Of a DNA stretch of 64,000 bases, positions 61,578-64,000 are shown piece after piece. Made by a program: the position numbers and the translations under genes. Positions within the stretch are counted from its first letter, which is position 1; the number at the start of each line of letters is the position of its first letter. This DNA is from an uncultured bacterium. GTDB lineage: Bacteria; Patescibacteriota; Minisyncoccia; Phycocordibacterales; GWA1-40-21. The stretch is taken from positions 15,398 through 79,397 of the forward strand of contig CAILDB010000003.1 in the NCBI GenBank assembly GCA_903832855.1, written 5' to 3'. The notes under the pieces were generated by a model, which saw only the letters and a list, made by a program, of their open reading frames with translations, ran no database searches and was not told where the DNA came from.

Positions 61578-63989
61578 CTAGATAAGCGTCACCGATGCAA
61601 GAGAATCCCCTTCACGGAGTTTCATTATGCGGACGCCTTGTGTTTGGCGACCGAGAGAAGGAATTTCTTTTATGTCCACGCGAATAACTTGACTCTTTTT
61701 TGAAATAGCAGCAATTTCTTCTTCGGTCTCACGCACAACTCTGGAAGAAATAATTTCACCGGTTTTTGCCGTAACTTTCATTGTCTTAATTCCCGAACCG
61801 CCTCTGTTTTGAACTTTGTATTCTTTCAGTGCCGTCTTTTTACCATAACCATTTGCACTCACGACGAGAAGCTCTGGATTTACATCACCTTTTTTGACAA
61901 TATCTGTGCCCACAATAAAGTCCCCTTTTTTAAGTTTCATCGCTCTCACGCCAGATGCATTTCTGCCCATCACTCGAATACTTTTATCTTTGAAATGGAT
62001 TGCCTGACCTTTTGCAGAAGTAATTACGACTTCATCACCTTCAGAAACAAACAAAGCAGAACGAAGTTCATCATTATCGTGAAGCGCGATAGCAAGCAAA
62101 CCATTTCTGCGAACATCTTTGAAACTTTCTGCATCCACTCTTTTTGCCGTACCGTTTTTGGTAACAAAAATAAGAGAGAGTTTCAAACTCTTGAGTTCTT
62201 TTGGCATTGCAAGGACGGAAGTTATTTTTTCTTCAGGAGAAATTGAAAGATAATTTACAATTGCCTTGCCTTTTGTGGCGCGTTTTCCTTCTGGCAAATC
62301 AAACATTTTAATCTGATACGCCTTACCTTTGTCTGAGAAGAAAAGAATGTCGTTGTGTGTGGAAGCGGTCAAGAAATGGGTGATAAAATCCTCTTCTTTT
62401 GTATCAAGATCCACCACACCCACCCCACCTCTTTTCTGCTTTCTGTATTCATCCGGATTTGTCCTCTTGACATATCCGCCAGAAGTCAAAACCAAAATAC
62501 TTTCTTCATCTGGAATCATATCTTCGTCAGACATTGCAGTCACACCGGATTTTACAACTTTTGTTCTTCTTTCATCACCATATTTTGCTTTGGCATCAGT
62601 CAGTTCGGTTTTTACAATTTCCAAAATTCTTCTTGGTTTTGACAAAATATCTGTGAGGTCTTTGATAAGAGCCTGCACTTCGGCGAGTTCATCTTCAATT
62701 TTCTTTCTTTCAAGTCCAGCGAGCTTTTGCAATTTCATTTCCAAAATTGCGTTTGCTTGAATTTCACTAAACTTGAAAGTCTTCATCAAATTCACTCTTG
62801 CCTCATCCACATCTTTGGACTTTTTGATAAGTTTAATAATCTCGTCAATATGATCCAGTGCTTTTTTCAAACCTAGCAAAATGTGTTCTCTGGCTTCTGC
62901 TTTTCTCAAATCAAATTCTGTGCGTCTCTTGATGACGACTTTTCTGTGACCGACGAAATGTTCCAAATATGTCTTCAATGACAAAGTTCTTGGCACACCA
63001 TCCACGAGTGCGAGCATATTGTAATGAAATGTCTCCTCAAGCTGTGTGTGTTTGTATAAAAAATTCAAAACTTTTTGTGGCTGAGCTCCAGCTTTCAGGT
63101 CAATTGCAATTCTAATATCTTTTGCGGACTCATCTCGAAGGCCTTTGATACCTTCCACTTTTTTCTCACGAACCAAGTCGGCGATTGCGATAATTAATTC
63201 AGCTTTATTTACTCTGAAAGGAATTGAGGTAATAATTATTTGAAATGTTCCTTTTTTGTCTTCCACAATTTCGGCAACTCCACGGCAAACCACACCTCCA
63301 CGGCCGTTTGTGTAAGCGTGAGTAATGTCTGTCTGATTGTAAACAATTCCGCCAATCGGAAAGTCCGGCCCTTTTATAAATTTAAGCAAATCATCTGTAG
63401 TCGCATCGCTGTTGTCTATTAGATGAAGAGTGGCGTCCACGACTTCGTTTAGATTGTGCGGAGGAATGTTGGTTGCCATACCGACTGCAATTCCCAAAGT
63501 TCCATTTAAAAGTAAGTTTGGCAAACCGGAAGGCAAAACAGATGGCTCTTTTTTTGTATTGTCATAGTTTGGAATAAAATTGACTGTGTCTTTGTCCAAA
63601 TCACGGAGCATTTCTCCGGCAATTTTAGACATTTTTGCTTCAGTGTATCTCATAGCAGCGGCAGAATCGCCATCAATATTTCCAAAGTTTCCTTGACCGA
63701 TAATCAGAGGATATCTGTAAGAAAAATCCTGCGCCATTTTCACCATTGTGTCATAGACGGCCACATCTCCGTGAGGGTGATAATTACCTAGCACTTCACC
63801 GACGACGGCTGCGGACTTTCTGGTTTTTGCACTTGAAGTAAGGCCGATTTCTTGCATCGCAAAAAGAATTCTTCTGTGCACGGGCTTGAGACCATCGCGA
63901 ACATCAGGAAGTGCGCGGTCAGTAATGACAGACATAGCATAGTCAATAAACGACTCTTTCATTTCAGTCGTGATGCTTCTGTCGGTCAT
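61578..63989 (-). CDS. gyrA: DNA gyrase subunit A
   Basis: 803 aa. N-terminus [45 protein letters not shown], catalytic Tyr region, and a C-terminal beta-pinwheel with repeated GxGG blades. Confidence 0.95.
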   Translation of the reverse strand: MTDRSITTEMKESFIDYAMSVITDRALPDVRDGLKPVHRRILFAMQEIGLTSSAKTRKSAAVVGEVLGNYHPHGDVAVYDTMVKMAQDFSYRYPLIIGQGNFGNIDGDSAAAMRYTEAKMSKIAGEMLRDLDKDTVNFIPNYDNTKKEPSVLPSGLPNLLLNGTLGIAVGMATNIPPHNLNEVVDATLHLIDNSDATTDDLLKFIKGPDFPIGGIVYNQTDITHAYTNGRGGVVCRGVAEIVEDKKGTFQIIITSIPFRVNKAELIIAIADLVREKKVEGIKGLRDESAKDIRIAIDLKAGAQPQKVLNFLYKHTQLEETFHYNMLALVDGVPRTLSLKTYLEHFVGHRKVVIKRRTEFDLRKAEAREHILLGLKKALDHIDEIIKLIKKSKDVDEARVNLMKTFKFSEIQANAILEMKLQKLAGLERKKIEDELAEVQALIKDLTDILSKPRRILEIVKTELTDAKAKYGDERRTKVVKSGVTAMSDEDMIPDEESILVLTSGGYVKRTNPDEYRKQKRGGVGVVDLDTKEEDFITHFLTASTHNDILFFSDKGKAYQIKMFDLPEGKRATKGKAIVNYLSISPEEKITSVLAMPKELKSLKLSLIFVTKNGTAKRVDAESFKDVRRNGLLAIALHDNDELRSALFVSEGDEVVITSAKGQAIHFKDKSIRVMGRNASGVRAMKLKKGDFIVGTDIVKKGDVNPELLVVSANGYGKKTALKEYKVQNRGGSGIKTMKVTAKTGEIISSRVVRETEEEIAAISKKSQVIRVDIKEIPSLGRQTQGVRIMKLREGDSLASVTLI

Positions 63990-64000
63990 TTTTAAATCCA

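Noticed and set aside
461-63422. Numerous short ORF-track ORFs antisense to or nested within large housekeeping genes (for example 461..796, 2571..2864, 13168..13584, 18649..19179, 20778..21200, 29243..29551, 35561..35866, 42124..42456, 44950..45681, 45966..46289, 61809..62246, 62329..62760)
   Set aside because: Each lies wholly inside a well-supported gene on the opposite strand or in another frame. They have low-complexity, AT-codon-biased translations, no SD and no domain signal. They are typical shadow ORFs of an AT-rich genome.

Overview
Low-GC, compact bacterial chromosome segment, read by eye as roughly 30-35% G+C in the core genes. It is almost entirely housekeeping: uvrA (fragment), uvrB, tgt, leuS, lysS, proS, serS, a dcw block (mraZ-rsmH-ftsL-ftsI-murF), mreBCD-mrdA, murA, murJ, topA, gyrA, rel, parB, miaA, priA, dprA, frr, rseP, rplU, greA, a two-component pair, three tRNAs (Glu-CUC, Leu-CAA, Trp-CCA) and RNase P RNA. 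The small-genome, weak-Shine-Dalgarno character suggests a CPR/Patescibacteria-like or similarly reduced bacterium; this is inference only. On top of this backbone sit five things the gene list does not explain. (1) A tandem array of five paralogous small proteins with a signal peptide and two TM helices, VirB2/TrbC-type T4SS-pilin-like, at 56.3-58.3 kb, beside a conspicuously GC-rich two-gene membrane operon. (2) More than a dozen short GC-rich (roughly 45-55% by eye) stand-alone expression cassettes with E. coli-like TTGACA-N16-18-TATAAT promoters, strong SD sites and intrinsic terminators, all encoding unknown small proteins. (3) Several families of structured intergenic repeats. One is a CCCCGTAGTGAA...TTCACTACGGGG palindromic family that sits immediately upstream of start codons and is fused to extended -10 boxes. 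One is a modular GC-rich nested-palindrome family. One is a 160-bp TIR-bounded element in two copies with compensatory substitutions. One is a GTCATTCC hairpin family. (4) tRNA-Glu and tRNA-Trp each carry a direct duplication of their 3' end bracketing a ~120-150-bp GC-rich structured element, which looks like an att-site scar or tRNA-targeting mini-element. (5) A promoter-to-terminator unit around 43.35-43.56 kb whose body is a diverged but structure-preserving mimic of 16S rRNA positions ~180-310. No CRISPR array, reverse transcriptase, integrase or transposase ORF was seen. All coordinates are hand-counted from the printed sequence and may be off by a few nt.
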